Positions 1 to 7,796 of a stretch of DNA of 59,105 bases are shown here, piece by piece. Location: the IMG/VR virus record IMGVR_UViG_3300020045_001526, positions 1-59,105 of that record. The stretch is one strand, 5' to 3'. Source of the DNA: a virus (lineage: Duplodnaviria > Caudoviricetes). The notes under the pieces are model-generated. The model made no database searches and was not told the DNA's origin. It saw only the letters and a program-made list of their open reading frames with translations. Position numbers and translations under genes: made by a program. Positions within the stretch are counted from its first letter, which is position 1. Each line of letters opens with the position of its first letter.

Positions 1-121
1 TCGTATCAGGAGGTTACCAACTAGAAGTTGAGGTATAATTATTTTCGTACCAAATCGATTGGTACATAACTATAGGAGTCAATAACATGAGTTGGAAGAA
101 ATCCCTAGTTGTCGGGAAGCA
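1..121. repeat. 121-bp terminal overlap identical to 58985-59105 (circular assembly)
   Basis: Exact sequence identity of both ends; the ORFs at 58679..59008 and 87..824 read through the junction. Confidence 0.95.
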
Positions 122-824
122 AGAATTGCCGCCGCGTATTTGTATTTATGGTACTCACGGTATCGGCAAGAGCACTATCGCCAGTCTGTTTCCCTCACCT
201 GTCTTCATCTCCACCGAAGACGGCATCGACGGGCTAGACGTGACGAGTTTTCCCAAAGCCACTCACGTGAACGATGTCGCAGATAGCATCAAGACTTTGA
301 TCAAAGAGGAGCACGATTTCCGCACCGTTGTAGTGGATACCGTAGATTGGCTAGTAGAGCCTCTAGTGGTGGAAGACGTCGAAGCCACTCATGACGAAAA
401 AGAACTGGCATATGGTAAGGGTCAAATGTTAGTGGCTGAGAGCTTCCGTGAGATCCTACAAGGTCTGGACGTGTTGCGCCGCAAACGCGACATGAACGTG
501 CTACTGATTGCTCACGCCAGTATCGTAAAGTTCGAGTCTCCAATGACCGAGTCGTATGATCGTTACCAGCCGAAACTGCCTAACCGCTGCAACGCACTGT
601 TGCAAGAGTGGGTGGACGTCCTAGGCTTCGCGGCCTTCAAAGTAATCATCAAGAAAGAAGACGCAGGGTTCAATAAGAAGCTAGCCAAGGGTGTTGGTAC
701 TGGTGAACGACTGCTTCATCTGATTGAAAATCCAGCCTTCGTGGCTAAGAATCGTTACTCGTGTCCGGACAATATCGAGCTGACGTACGAAGAAATCGCT
801 AAACACATCCCCGTAAAGAACTAG
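87..824 (+). CDS. AAA/P-loop ATPase, Sak4-like recombinase (AAA_24-type)
   Basis: Walker A YGTHGIGKST, Walker B VVDTVD, LIAH and AKNR motifs; lies before an SSB-like gene; RBS AGGAG. Confidence 0.85.
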   Translation: MSWKKSLVVGKQELPPRICIYGTHGIGKSTIASLFPSPVFISTEDGIDGLDVTSFPKATHVNDVADSIKTLIKEEHDFRTVVVDTVDWLVEPLVVEDVEATHDEKELAYGKGQMLVAESFREILQGLDVLRRKRDMNVLLIAHASIVKFESPMTESYDRYQPKLPNRCNALLQEWVDVLGFAAFKVIIKKEDAGFNKKLAKGVGTGERLLHLIENPAFVAKNRYSCPDNIELTYEEIAKHIPVKN

Positions 825-834
825 GAGAAACACC

Positions 835-1398
835 ATGGCAAAATTTGGATTCAGTACCGACGATTACGAACCTTCCGACCGCGATTTTGAGGTAATGCCT
901 AAGGCAGAATACACTCTGAAGGCGACCGAAGCCGAAGAGAAAGAAGCCAAGAACGGTAACGGTAGCTACATCGCGGCAGTATTCGAAGTCGTGAAAGGGG
1001 AGCATGCCGGTCGCAAGGTTTGGCAAAACTTCAACATTAACAACTCGAGCGAAAAAGCCGAGAAGATCGGTCGTGAACAGGTGGTCGGTTGGGCACGAGC
1101 GTGTGGCAAGCCGAACGCTCAGGACACGGACGAACTCCTCGAGCGTAATTTTCAGGCCAAGCTGGACATCGAGAAGGGTACCGGAGGGTACGCAGACAAG
1201 AACAAGATCAGCGCGTTCTTGATGCCCGAAAAGGGAAGCGCCCCTGCTTCAAGGCTCGAAGCTAAGAAGACCGTGCCAAAGGTAGATCCAGTGGAAGAGG
1301 AAGTCGAAGAAGAGACCAAGCCTGAGCCGAAGAAAGAGGCTTCTAAGAAAGAAGCGCCGAAGGCTTCTGGCAAAAAGAATCCTTGGGATGACGACTAA
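835..1398 (+). CDS. DUF669-like single-stranded DNA-binding protein
   Basis: MP-x-x-E-Y N-terminus, GRKVWQNFN, acidic tail ending KNPWDDD; follows the Sak4-like gene. Confidence 0.75.
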   Translation: MAKFGFSTDDYEPSDRDFEVMPKAEYTLKATEAEEKEAKNGNGSYIAAVFEVVKGEHAGRKVWQNFNINNSSEKAEKIGREQVVGWARACGKPNAQDTDELLERNFQAKLDIEKGTGGYADKNKISAFLMPEKGSAPASRLEAKKTVPKVDPVEEEVEEETKPEPKKEASKKEAPKASGKKNPWDDD

Positions 1399-1422
1399 TT
1401 AGCATTCACTAATACTTGTCGG

Positions 1423-1643
1423 CTCAGGTTGAACCCTGAGTAAAAGCGGTCCCCGGTGCCGCGACAACGCCGGGACTTACAAAGAATCAGGACGTTAATT
1501 ATCTGTATCGACGCCAGTTCGGAGCGCAATAGAATTAGGGAACCATCGTCCTAGTCGTCGCCGAACCTGATTCTTTGTAAGTTTCCGCCACACCCGCCTG
1601 ACTTTTGAAAGGAATCGCGGCGGGAAACTGCGATGGGTGTGGC
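1423..1643 (+). ncRNA. Putative structured RNA(s) upstream of the tRNAs
   Basis: Perfect 17-bp stem 1475-1491/1566-1582, 9-bp stem 1587-1595/1635-1643, and hairpins at 1423-1440 and 1449-1476 in an ORF-free gap. Confidence 0.55.
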
Positions 1644-1651
1644 ACCCCTTA

Positions 1652-1728
1652 GGGCAGGTAGCTCAGTTGGTTAGAGCTGGCGACTCATAATCGCTAGGTC
1701 AGGGGTTCGAGTCCCTTCCTGCCCACCA
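1652..1728 (+). tRNA. tRNA-Ile2 (CAT anticodon, lysidine type)
   Basis: GGGCAGG/CCTGCCC acceptor stem, encoded CCA, GTTCGA T-loop; anticodon arm GGCGA-CT-CAT-AA-TCGCT matches my recollection of enterobacterial tRNA-Ile2. Confidence 0.9.
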
Positions 1729-1733
1729 TGAAC

Positions 1734-1818
1734 ACGCGAGTGACGGAACAGGTAGACGTTAGGGACTTAAAATCCCTTGCCTTTGGGCGTATGGGTTCGA
1801 GTCCCATCTCGCGTACCA
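1734..1818 (+). tRNA. tRNA-Leu (TAA)
   Basis: ACGCGAG/CTCGCGT acceptor stem, AGGGA-CT-TAA-AA-TCCCT anticodon arm, long variable arm, encoded CCA. Confidence 0.95.
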
Positions 1819-1838
1819 CTAACTGATAGGAGAATAAC

Positions 1839-2093
1839 ATGTTCCACGTAATTCTAGACGCTTTCTGCATAATCCGTAACAAACGTGGTATTTACAAACA
1901 AGCGAAAGTGTATCACTACAAGACGGGACTTTACGTTGGAGTATGTGGAGGATTTAGCCGTCTCTGTAGGAATGGAGATATAGGTACTCCTGACTTGAGT
2001 TATGTAGAGTTAGTATTACCAGAATTTATCACCATTAGTACTGACAATATTGGAAGGCTTGTAATGAACACGATAGGTGCTCATCATGGCTGA
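1839..2093 (+). CDS. Hypothetical protein
   Basis: Strong RBS (GGGAGA); overlaps the next gene. Confidence 0.6.
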   Translation: MFHVILDAFCIIRNKRGIYKQAKVYHYKTGLYVGVCGGFSRLCRNGDIGTPDLSYVELVLPEFITISTDNIGRLVMNTIGAHHG

Positions 2094-2922
2094 AATTCGT
2101 CAAGCTTCAAATGGAATGATCGATCGTATCTACGCTCATTATGCCAAACAAAATGAAAAACCTATCTATCTGGCGCGTATTGGTGCATCTAGCATTGGTG
2201 ATCCTTGCCTTCGCTCCATCTGGCTGTCTTGGCGAGCTTACGACGACAAGAAGTTTGAAGGTCGTATGTTGCGGCTGTTCGCTACCGGTCACATGCAAGA
2301 GGAGCGTATTCAAGATGATTTGAAGAATGCGGGATTCAAGGTTTGGACTCACCAAGAAGACGGTAACCAATTTACTTACACGGACGAAACCGGACACTTT
2401 GTGTGTAAGCTGGACGGCGTGATCAAAGGGGTTATAGGAGCAGAGAAAACAGCACACGACTTGGAGATCAAAACCCATTCCCTGAAGAGTTTTCAAAGTG
2501 TGGTTAGCAAAGGGGTGGAAAAGTCCAAACCTGTACATTTCTGGCAGATGCAAGCGGGCATACTATTCAGTAAACTGAGTCGCGCTCTGTATGTAGCTCT
2601 ATGTAAGAATGATGAATCATATTATATTGAGCGTATCTACCCCGACATAGTTATACAGAAAGAAATCAAGACGCGTATTATCAAACTCGTAGAGGCTCGC
2701 ACACCCCCGGTCGGAATTAGCGATGACGCGGGAGCGTTTGATTGCAAATGGTGCGACATGAAAGAAGTTTGCGTAGGTAAGAAACCTATCAAGACGTGCC
2801 GTTCGTGTGACCACGTTCAAGTTGTAAAGCAGAATGGTGAATGGATTTGCGGTCTTCATGGACATTTGCTAAGTAATGAGGAACAGAAAGTCGCCTGCAA
2901 AGACTACGAGGTAATATCATGA
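2086..2922 (+). CDS. Cas4-like/YqaJ-like PD-(D/E)XK exonuclease with Cys cluster
   Basis: IGASSIGDPC, LDG...DLEIKT, QMQ, C-terminal CKWC..C and CRSC motifs; start placed at MAEIRQ. Confidence 0.8.
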   Translation: MAEIRQASNGMIDRIYAHYAKQNEKPIYLARIGASSIGDPCLRSIWLSWRAYDDKKFEGRMLRLFATGHMQEERIQDDLKNAGFKVWTHQEDGNQFTYTDETGHFVCKLDGVIKGVIGAEKTAHDLEIKTHSLKSFQSVVSKGVEKSKPVHFWQMQAGILFSKLSRALYVALCKNDESYYIERIYPDIVIQKEIKTRIIKLVEARTPPVGISDDAGAFDCKWCDMKEVCVGKKPIKTCRSCDHVQVVKQNGEWICGLHGHLLSNEEQKVACKDYEVIS

Positions 2923-3044
2923 AACTATCATGTTGGTTAATCTGTACGTCGATGGCGCTAATATGTGTCTCATATGGCGACACATCAGCGGCGATGACCT
3001 GGTTAGCAGCTTCTATAGTTATAGCTTCAACGGGAGAAGGGTAA
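2919..3044 (+). CDS. Small hydrophobic protein (41 aa)
   Basis: ATGA overlap with the upstream gene and TAATG overlap with the downstream gene; hydrophobic sequence. Confidence 0.5.
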   Translation: MKLSCWLICTSMALICVSYGDTSAAMTWLAASIVIASTGEG

Positions 3045-3523
3045 TGACTGTTACCGTAGGTATCGATCCGGGCCTAACAGGGGCCGTCGGTGTGTTAAAC
3101 TGTGGAGAATTCGCCCAAGTAGAAGACATCCCTACGACCTTGAAGGGTTCCGGGGTAGTCAAAAACGAAGTGGATCCCCATGGTCTTTACAAGCTAATCC
3201 GATACGTAACCCGGGGTCACGAAGGTGTAGAGATCGCCCTAGAGCGCGTTTCGGCCATGCCTGGCCAGGGTTCGTCTAGCGTGTTCAGTTTCGGGGACAC
3301 CTATGGCTGTTGCCGCTCGGCGGCAACCATCTCGGGTTACCCTATCTTCCTTGTACCTCCGGCGACCTGGAAAAAGCATTTCAAGATTGGGCGTGAAAAA
3401 GAAGAAGCTAGAGCATTGGCTATCCGGTTGTTTCCAGACGCTCCGTTGAATCTAAAAAAGTACGCGGATAGAGCAGAGGCTCTATTGATAGCCAGGTGGT
3501 TGTGGGAAACTCGACACGCGTAA
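3044..3523 (+). CDS. RuvC-like Holliday junction resolvase
   Basis: GIDPGLTG, LERVSAMPGQG, PATWKK and DRAEALLIA motifs. Confidence 0.88.
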   Translation: MTVTVGIDPGLTGAVGVLNCGEFAQVEDIPTTLKGSGVVKNEVDPHGLYKLIRYVTRGHEGVEIALERVSAMPGQGSSSVFSFGDTYGCCRSAATISGYPIFLVPPATWKKHFKIGREKEEARALAIRLFPDAPLNLKKYADRAEALLIARWLWETRHA

Positions 3524-3531
3524 TATCAGCC

Positions 3532-3567
3532 TTTACTTCTACTAAAAGTGCCGCTATAATGGGGGCA
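3532..3567 (+). promoter_or_regulatory. Sigma70-type promoter TTTACT-N17-TATAAT followed by GGGGGCA
   Basis: Exact 17-bp spacing; same architecture at 45891 and 52940. Confidence 0.8.
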
Positions 3568-3590
3568 TCTAACAAATAACGGAGAAAATA

Positions 3591-3755
3591 ATGGACGTAC
3601 TGATTATCTGGATCGCCGCCGAACTCGGATCAGCAATGTGCTATCCTCAAACCTGTTTTGAAAAGATTCAATATTCGGTAGTGGTTGAAGAAGTGAAAGT
3701 AGAAACCGAATATGTAGAAATCAAGGAAGAGGAAGCTATAAATGAAACTGAGTGA
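3591..3755 (+). CDS. Small hypothetical protein
   Basis: RBS CGGAGA; first ORF after the promoter. Confidence 0.5.
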   Translation: MDVLIIWIAAELGSAMCYPQTCFEKIQYSVVVEEVKVETEYVEIKEEEAINETE

Positions 3756-3996
3756 TAAAGTTATATTAGCAAGCGCGTGCGTGGATGGCGCAATAGTAAT
3801 TGCAGTAATGTTATGTTTGTTGAAATTAGTAACGTGGGGGTCGGCGGAAGACATAGAAAGTGCCGTAGACTTTCACAAGAAAGAAGCCACCCGAGTCACC
3901 CACATGTTAGCTGAATGTATGAACGGTAAAGCTCTATACGACAAAACCCATAACGTCGCTTATTTCTGCGGCAAAGTCTTGGAGATGAAACTATGA
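3742..3996 (+). CDS. Hypothetical membrane protein
   Basis: N-terminal hydrophobic helix; overlaps neighbouring genes. Confidence 0.6.
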   Translation: MKLSDKVILASACVDGAIVIAVMLCLLKLVTWGSAEDIESAVDFHKKEATRVTHMLAECMNGKALYDKTHNVAYFCGKVLEMKL

Positions 3997-4076
3997 AAAC
4001 TCTTGTAATCTATCATAAATCCTACGCTGATGGTTTTGAAGTTGGCACACAGATACTTCTAGGGTGGTTTAAATGA
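3993..4076 (+). pseudogene. 27-aa ORF resembling the N-terminus of a phage DHH phosphoesterase
   Basis: MKTLVIYHKSYADGF resembles the 'VIYH..C.DGF' start of DHH proteins; ATGA-coupled at both ends. Confidence 0.4.
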
Positions 4077-4423
4077 GCGCCGCAACCAGTCAAGCCGCCT
4101 GGGACAAGCTGCGTCGGGAGAATGCCGAGCTGCGCGCAGAGCGCGATGAGTTGGCGGCGCAGGTTGAGGCAAAAATCGATGCCATGTCCGATTCAATATG
4201 GACTCCTGGATATCCAAAGCATCCGTGGGACAAAGAGTGGTTCATCGCCATGACGACTTACGGCGACCGTGTTGTGCTGACGGCGCTACCGGAAGAGTAC
4301 ACCTACGATTTCAAGACCGCCGATGAAACCTACATGAAGAAAGAAAGCATCAAGGCGTGGATGCAGTTTCTTGATTCTGAATACGTAGACCCGCGCACAG
4401 AAACGGAGGAAATCCATGGATAA
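4073..4423 (+). CDS. Hypothetical protein (coiled coil plus DUF551-like C-terminus)
   Basis: Coiled-coil start; ends with a KAWMQF-type motif. Confidence 0.55.
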   Translation: MSAATSQAAWDKLRRENAELRAERDELAAQVEAKIDAMSDSIWTPGYPKHPWDKEWFIAMTTYGDRVVLTALPEEYTYDFKTADETYMKKESIKAWMQFLDSEYVDPRTETEEIHG

Positions 4424-4805
4424 GCAACTGATCGAACGGATTAGGAAGTGCGCATCTGCGTCGGCGGCTGAGTGGATTGCAAATTCCCTTGATTCTATTG
4501 CTGATGAACTTGAACGCATCGACGCCGAGCGGGGGAAGGATGCAGTGGCGGAATTTCGTAATGGATTCCTCTATCCTCTAACGATGTCGATACCTAATGG
4601 TTCCAATCTATTCCTCCACCCTGCCCCGACGATCCCGGAAGGCATGGCGCTTGTGCCGATCGATCCTACTAAGGCCATGCTTATCGAGGGCCGACAGGCA
4701 GACACGGACTGGATGAACTCTGACGACCCAGAAGAAGAGTTCGAGCAAGGGCTTGCATATATCTACAACGCAATGATCGTCGCCGCCCAAGGAGAACGCA
4801 AATGA
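4416..4805 (+). CDS. Hypothetical protein, paralogue of 54297..54794
   Basis: Shares LIERI, RIDAERGK, TIPEGMALV and AAQGERK blocks. Confidence 0.7.
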   Translation: MDKQLIERIRKCASASAAEWIANSLDSIADELERIDAERGKDAVAEFRNGFLYPLTMSIPNGSNLFLHPAPTIPEGMALVPIDPTKAMLIEGRQADTDWMNSDDPEEEFEQGLAYIYNAMIVAAQGERK

Positions 4806-4960
4806 GAAAGGTTGAGAATGTATTTGCAATCATCGGTCTGATAAACGTACTTTTCTGGGCTATTAGCACCATTGGGATTGGTGACTATCGACTGTACTAC
4901 GGAGCAGACTTCACTAAATCGCATATGTGTACAATCCAAGGAGAACGCAATGCTGACTGA
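4802..4960 (+). CDS. Small membrane protein between CCAAGGAGAACGCAA repeats
   Basis: ATGA-coupled; hydrophobic stretch; ends QGERNAD like 54791..54982. Confidence 0.55.
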   Translation: MRKVENVFAIIGLINVLFWAISTIGIGDYRLYYGADFTKSHMCTIQGERNAD

Positions 4961-5471
4961 CGAACGTATTGAAGAACTGTGGAAGAACCATACTATAAAG
5001 GCTGACCTGCTCAACAAGACGCTGATAAGCCCTACGGTATTCGCCCGCGCCATCGAGGCCGAGGTCGCAGCGCAGGCGGCGAACTGGCCCGACGGAACGC
5101 CAAGAGCTTTCGATAACTGCGCCCATGATAAGCGGTTTGCTGATGAGAATCCGCCTGTAGCAGCTCAGGCGTGGCAGGAGCCTGTAGCAGATTGGCTGTA
5201 CGGAAGATTCCGGCACTTAAATTACAAAGTTCTAAATCCGAATACACACGTTAATCTATACGCCGCCCCGGTCGCCTGCCCGAAGTGCGGAGATGCCGAG
5301 CAAATGTACTACCGAGATATGACTGAGCGTACTGTGCAGATAACTGCGCTGCAAGCCAAGGTCGCCGAGCTTGAATCTGATCTTATTGCGATGAAAGAAT
5401 GCGCAAAGAACCATGATACGGCACGAACGAAATATTTAATTGAGCTCGATAATCTGCAGGCTAAAGGTTAG
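4950..5471 (+). CDS. Hypothetical protein, paralogue of 54972..56066
   Basis: Shares RAIEAEVAA, PVACPKCGDAEQMYYRDMTER and LQAKVAELE; RBS AGGAG. Confidence 0.7.
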   Translation: MLTDERIEELWKNHTIKADLLNKTLISPTVFARAIEAEVAAQAANWPDGTPRAFDNCAHDKRFADENPPVAAQAWQEPVADWLYGRFRHLNYKVLNPNTHVNLYAAPVACPKCGDAEQMYYRDMTERTVQITALQAKVAELESDLIAMKECAKNHDTARTKYLIELDNLQAKG

Positions 5472-5604
5472 CAAGTGATCCATTTTAAACGAAGCCGTAT
5501 CTGACATCGCCGCATACAAGTAAAGCCAACAAACAATGAAGTCTTACGAATACCACAACCGAACAGTGTAAGTTAGCTATTGAATAACAAACGAAAGGTA
5601 AATC

Positions 5605-5778
5605 ATGACACGAGATGATGCAATACATGCCGCTATTCTAGCTGGATTCAAGCGAACTAATATAGGTGCGGCTCATGTGCGTCTGGCTAGAATTATAGAG
5701 ACCCTAGTTAGTGATAAGTTAGCCGAAGAACATGAGCGAGAAATAACTTCTATTCTTGCCAATGAGGTGTCTAAATGA
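5605..5778 (+). CDS. Small hypothetical protein
   Basis: RBS AAAGG; ATGA overlap with the next ORF. Confidence 0.5.
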   Translation: MTRDDAIHAAILAGFKRTNIGAAHVRLARIIETLVSDKLAEEHEREITSILANEVSK

Positions 5779-5927
5779 CATATGTTCCTAAAAACGCAGT
5801 TCCTCCGCAAGCCGCATACATAAGGTGTATACGTTGCGGGGAAAAGAAACTAAAACAAGAATTTCCTCATACTGAGCTTCGTATCTCTGTAATTTGTATT
5901 AAGTGTTCACATCCGGTAAAGAAATGA
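5775..5927 (+). CDS. Small CxxC..CxxC zinc-finger protein
   Basis: CIRC and CIKC; abuts the stop of the convergent structural gene. Confidence 0.5.
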   Translation: MTYVPKNAVPPQAAYIRCIRCGEKKLKQEFPHTELRISVICIKCSHPVKK

Positions 5928-7796
5928 TTACCGACCTGTTCCGCTCAACCTACGCATTCTTTCGGCCAGAGCCGATTGAGGATACTGACCCAACCCCCAG
6001 GCTGCGCGAGGGAGAGCACCCTGCTTCGGAAGTTCTCTCTCAACCAGCCCCTGAATGCCTTTTTGTTGAAGAGCTAAAAGCGGAGGAACGGTGGAAGGAT
6101 TCTTTCCAGACAAAACATCCTCAGCACCAACCAGCTTATTTGCCCAATTCGATTCAGAAACACCCCTCACTCCCGGAAGCCGACTGGCAACAGTTTCTGC
6201 CGCCGTTAATGGGTGACCCGTTGCTGCCCGTAATACTTGCATCAAACCCCCTCGCGTTTCCGGAACTTGCATATCTCGTGAAAGTGCCGTGGAGCGTACG
6301 TCGGGTAAATTGCGAAGCACGTCCGTCATGTCCTGTCCACGACGAGTCATGGTTGGATACAGACGGTCTACCATCGGGATGCCAGCGTTGCTTGTCGATG
6401 CCGACAGCCCCTCCTGACCGGTCTTGAATCCCCTCGCCTGACTCATAGACTTACGAGCAATAGGGTTGTCTAACACCGTCGGCGCTACCACATCTCTATA
6501 ATATTTAGTAGCGTCCTTATATAGATTCAAGGCTTCATCATTACTCGCATGTTTAGTCGCCCAGGCTTCCGCATCCGAATCCAAAGAAGTCTTGAAATCT
6601 TGTAAGTACTTACGAGCCGCACGGTTCTCCGCAGGTATAGACGTACCCATACGCTCCGCCGTCTCTATGCCGCGATTAAGAGTATTTAAAGCCTTATTGG
6701 CAGCAGTGCGCATTGTGTGGAAATTATCAAAAGTAAGATCCACTTTGGCTAAGTCTGAAGCCTTGGCGCCCTTAGTGGAAGCGGCATCAAAACCATAGCG
6801 ACTTAAGAGATCTGAGGCGACTTCGTATCCCGGATTGTTAGTATTGGTGATAGCTCTTGCCGTATACATCGGCTTGAACCCGCCAAGTCCGTTAGCTGCG
6901 ATATGTTCATCAACCGCCTTGTATTTTTGAGCACCCTGAGCCATACGCTGCTGAGCCGCCGTCGCCAATTCGTCCACATAAGCGCGCCCAACGTCCGATA
7001 CTTCCCCTTCTGGTAACACTATAGGACGATCGAGTACGTTTTTAAGCTCCTTAGCCTGGCTTGTAACACGCTCTCCGTATCCTGGCAAAGCCTTCTCAAC
7101 CGAAGCCATAGGTGACGTCGGGTAAAGCTGACCGAGGCTGGTTGGAGGCAGCCCGAGACGCTGAGCCGCCTCTTTAGTAGATACAGCTTGCTGACCTTCC
7201 GGAGTAAACCGACTAATACTAGCGCCGCCAATCTTACCTAAACTTTGAATACCCTTGCCTATTGCGCCGACGGAGCCCGCGCCAATACCGCCTTGTAAAA
7301 GGGAGTTTACCAATTCCCCACCTATACTGGTAGGTTTTTCGCTACCAGGTTTTATAAAGCTGAGAGCACCTTCTAACGCCATCTGAGCTGGGAGACGAGC
7401 TGGAGCAGCCGCAGCAGTTATAGCTTGACTAGCAAACCGGCCAGCGTTAGCCGAAGGGTTAGAAAACAGCTGTTCATTGATATGCTTACGATCAGCCCTA
7501 TCCGCTTGAATCTGAGAAACTAAGTCCTTACCCGCTTGACCTTCCGGGGCAAAGGCTAGCTGCCCCTTTTCTTTAATACCCTGGTATAGTTCATTTAGAT
7601 CCGAACCCGCTCCAGCTAAGCCTAATTGAATAGGGCTCATGCCGTAACTCATGTCCGGTTTGGAATCTTCAATAACTTGACGACTTTTAGCGGCCGCTAA
7701 CGCCGGAGCAAGTACTGGATTTTCTGCCGCGGGAGGAACAACTCCGTTGATAATATTGTCCAGTTCTTCGTCACTCATTTGCGAATAATCTGCCAT
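5928..7796 (-). CDS. Putative internal virion/ejection protein
   Basis: Large Ala/Gly-rich helical protein at the distal end of a podovirus-type structural operon. Confidence 0.6.
   Translation of the reverse strand: MADYSQMSDEELDNIINGVVPPAAENPVLAPALAAAKSRQVIEDSKPDMSYGMSPIQLGLAGAGSDLNELYQGIKEKGQLAFAPEGQAGKDLVSQIQADRADRKHINEQLFSNPSANAGRFASQAITAAAAPARLPAQMALEGALSFIKPGSEKPTSIGGELVNSLLQGGIGAGSVGAIGKGIQSLGKIGGASISRFTPEGQQAVSTKEAAQRLGLPPTSLGQLYPTSPMASVEKALPGYGERVTSQAKELKNVLDRPIVLPEGEVSDVGRAYVDELATAAQQRMAQGAQKYKAVDEHIAANGLGGFKPMYTARAITNTNNPGYEVASDLLSRYGFDAASTKGAKASDLAKVDLTFDNFHTMRTAANKALNTLNRGIETAERMGTSIPAENRAARKYLQDFKTSLDSDAEAWATKHASNDEALNLYKDATKYYRDVVAPTVLDNPIARKSMSQARGFKTGQEGLSASTSNAGIPMVDRLYPTMTRRGQDMTDVLRNLPDVRSTALSRDMQVPETRGGLMQVLRAATGHPLTAAETVASRLPGVRGVSESNWANKLVGAEDVLSGKNPSTVPPLLALQQKGIQGLVERELPKQGALPRAAWGLGQYPQSALAERMRRLSGTGR

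Noticed and set aside
1416-1643. Hammerhead, pistol, twister or HDV-like ribozyme
   Set aside because: I could not place the conserved catalytic cores by eye, so it is reported only as an unknown structured RNA
1652-1728. tRNA-Met or fMet
   Set aside because: The 1-72 pair is intact, the anticodon stem lacks three G-C pairs, and the arm resembles Ile2; elongator Met is not fully excluded
2086-2922. CRISPR-Cas locus suggested by the Cas4-like nuclease
   Set aside because: No other cas genes or array; it sits in a Sak4/SSB/RuvC recombination cluster
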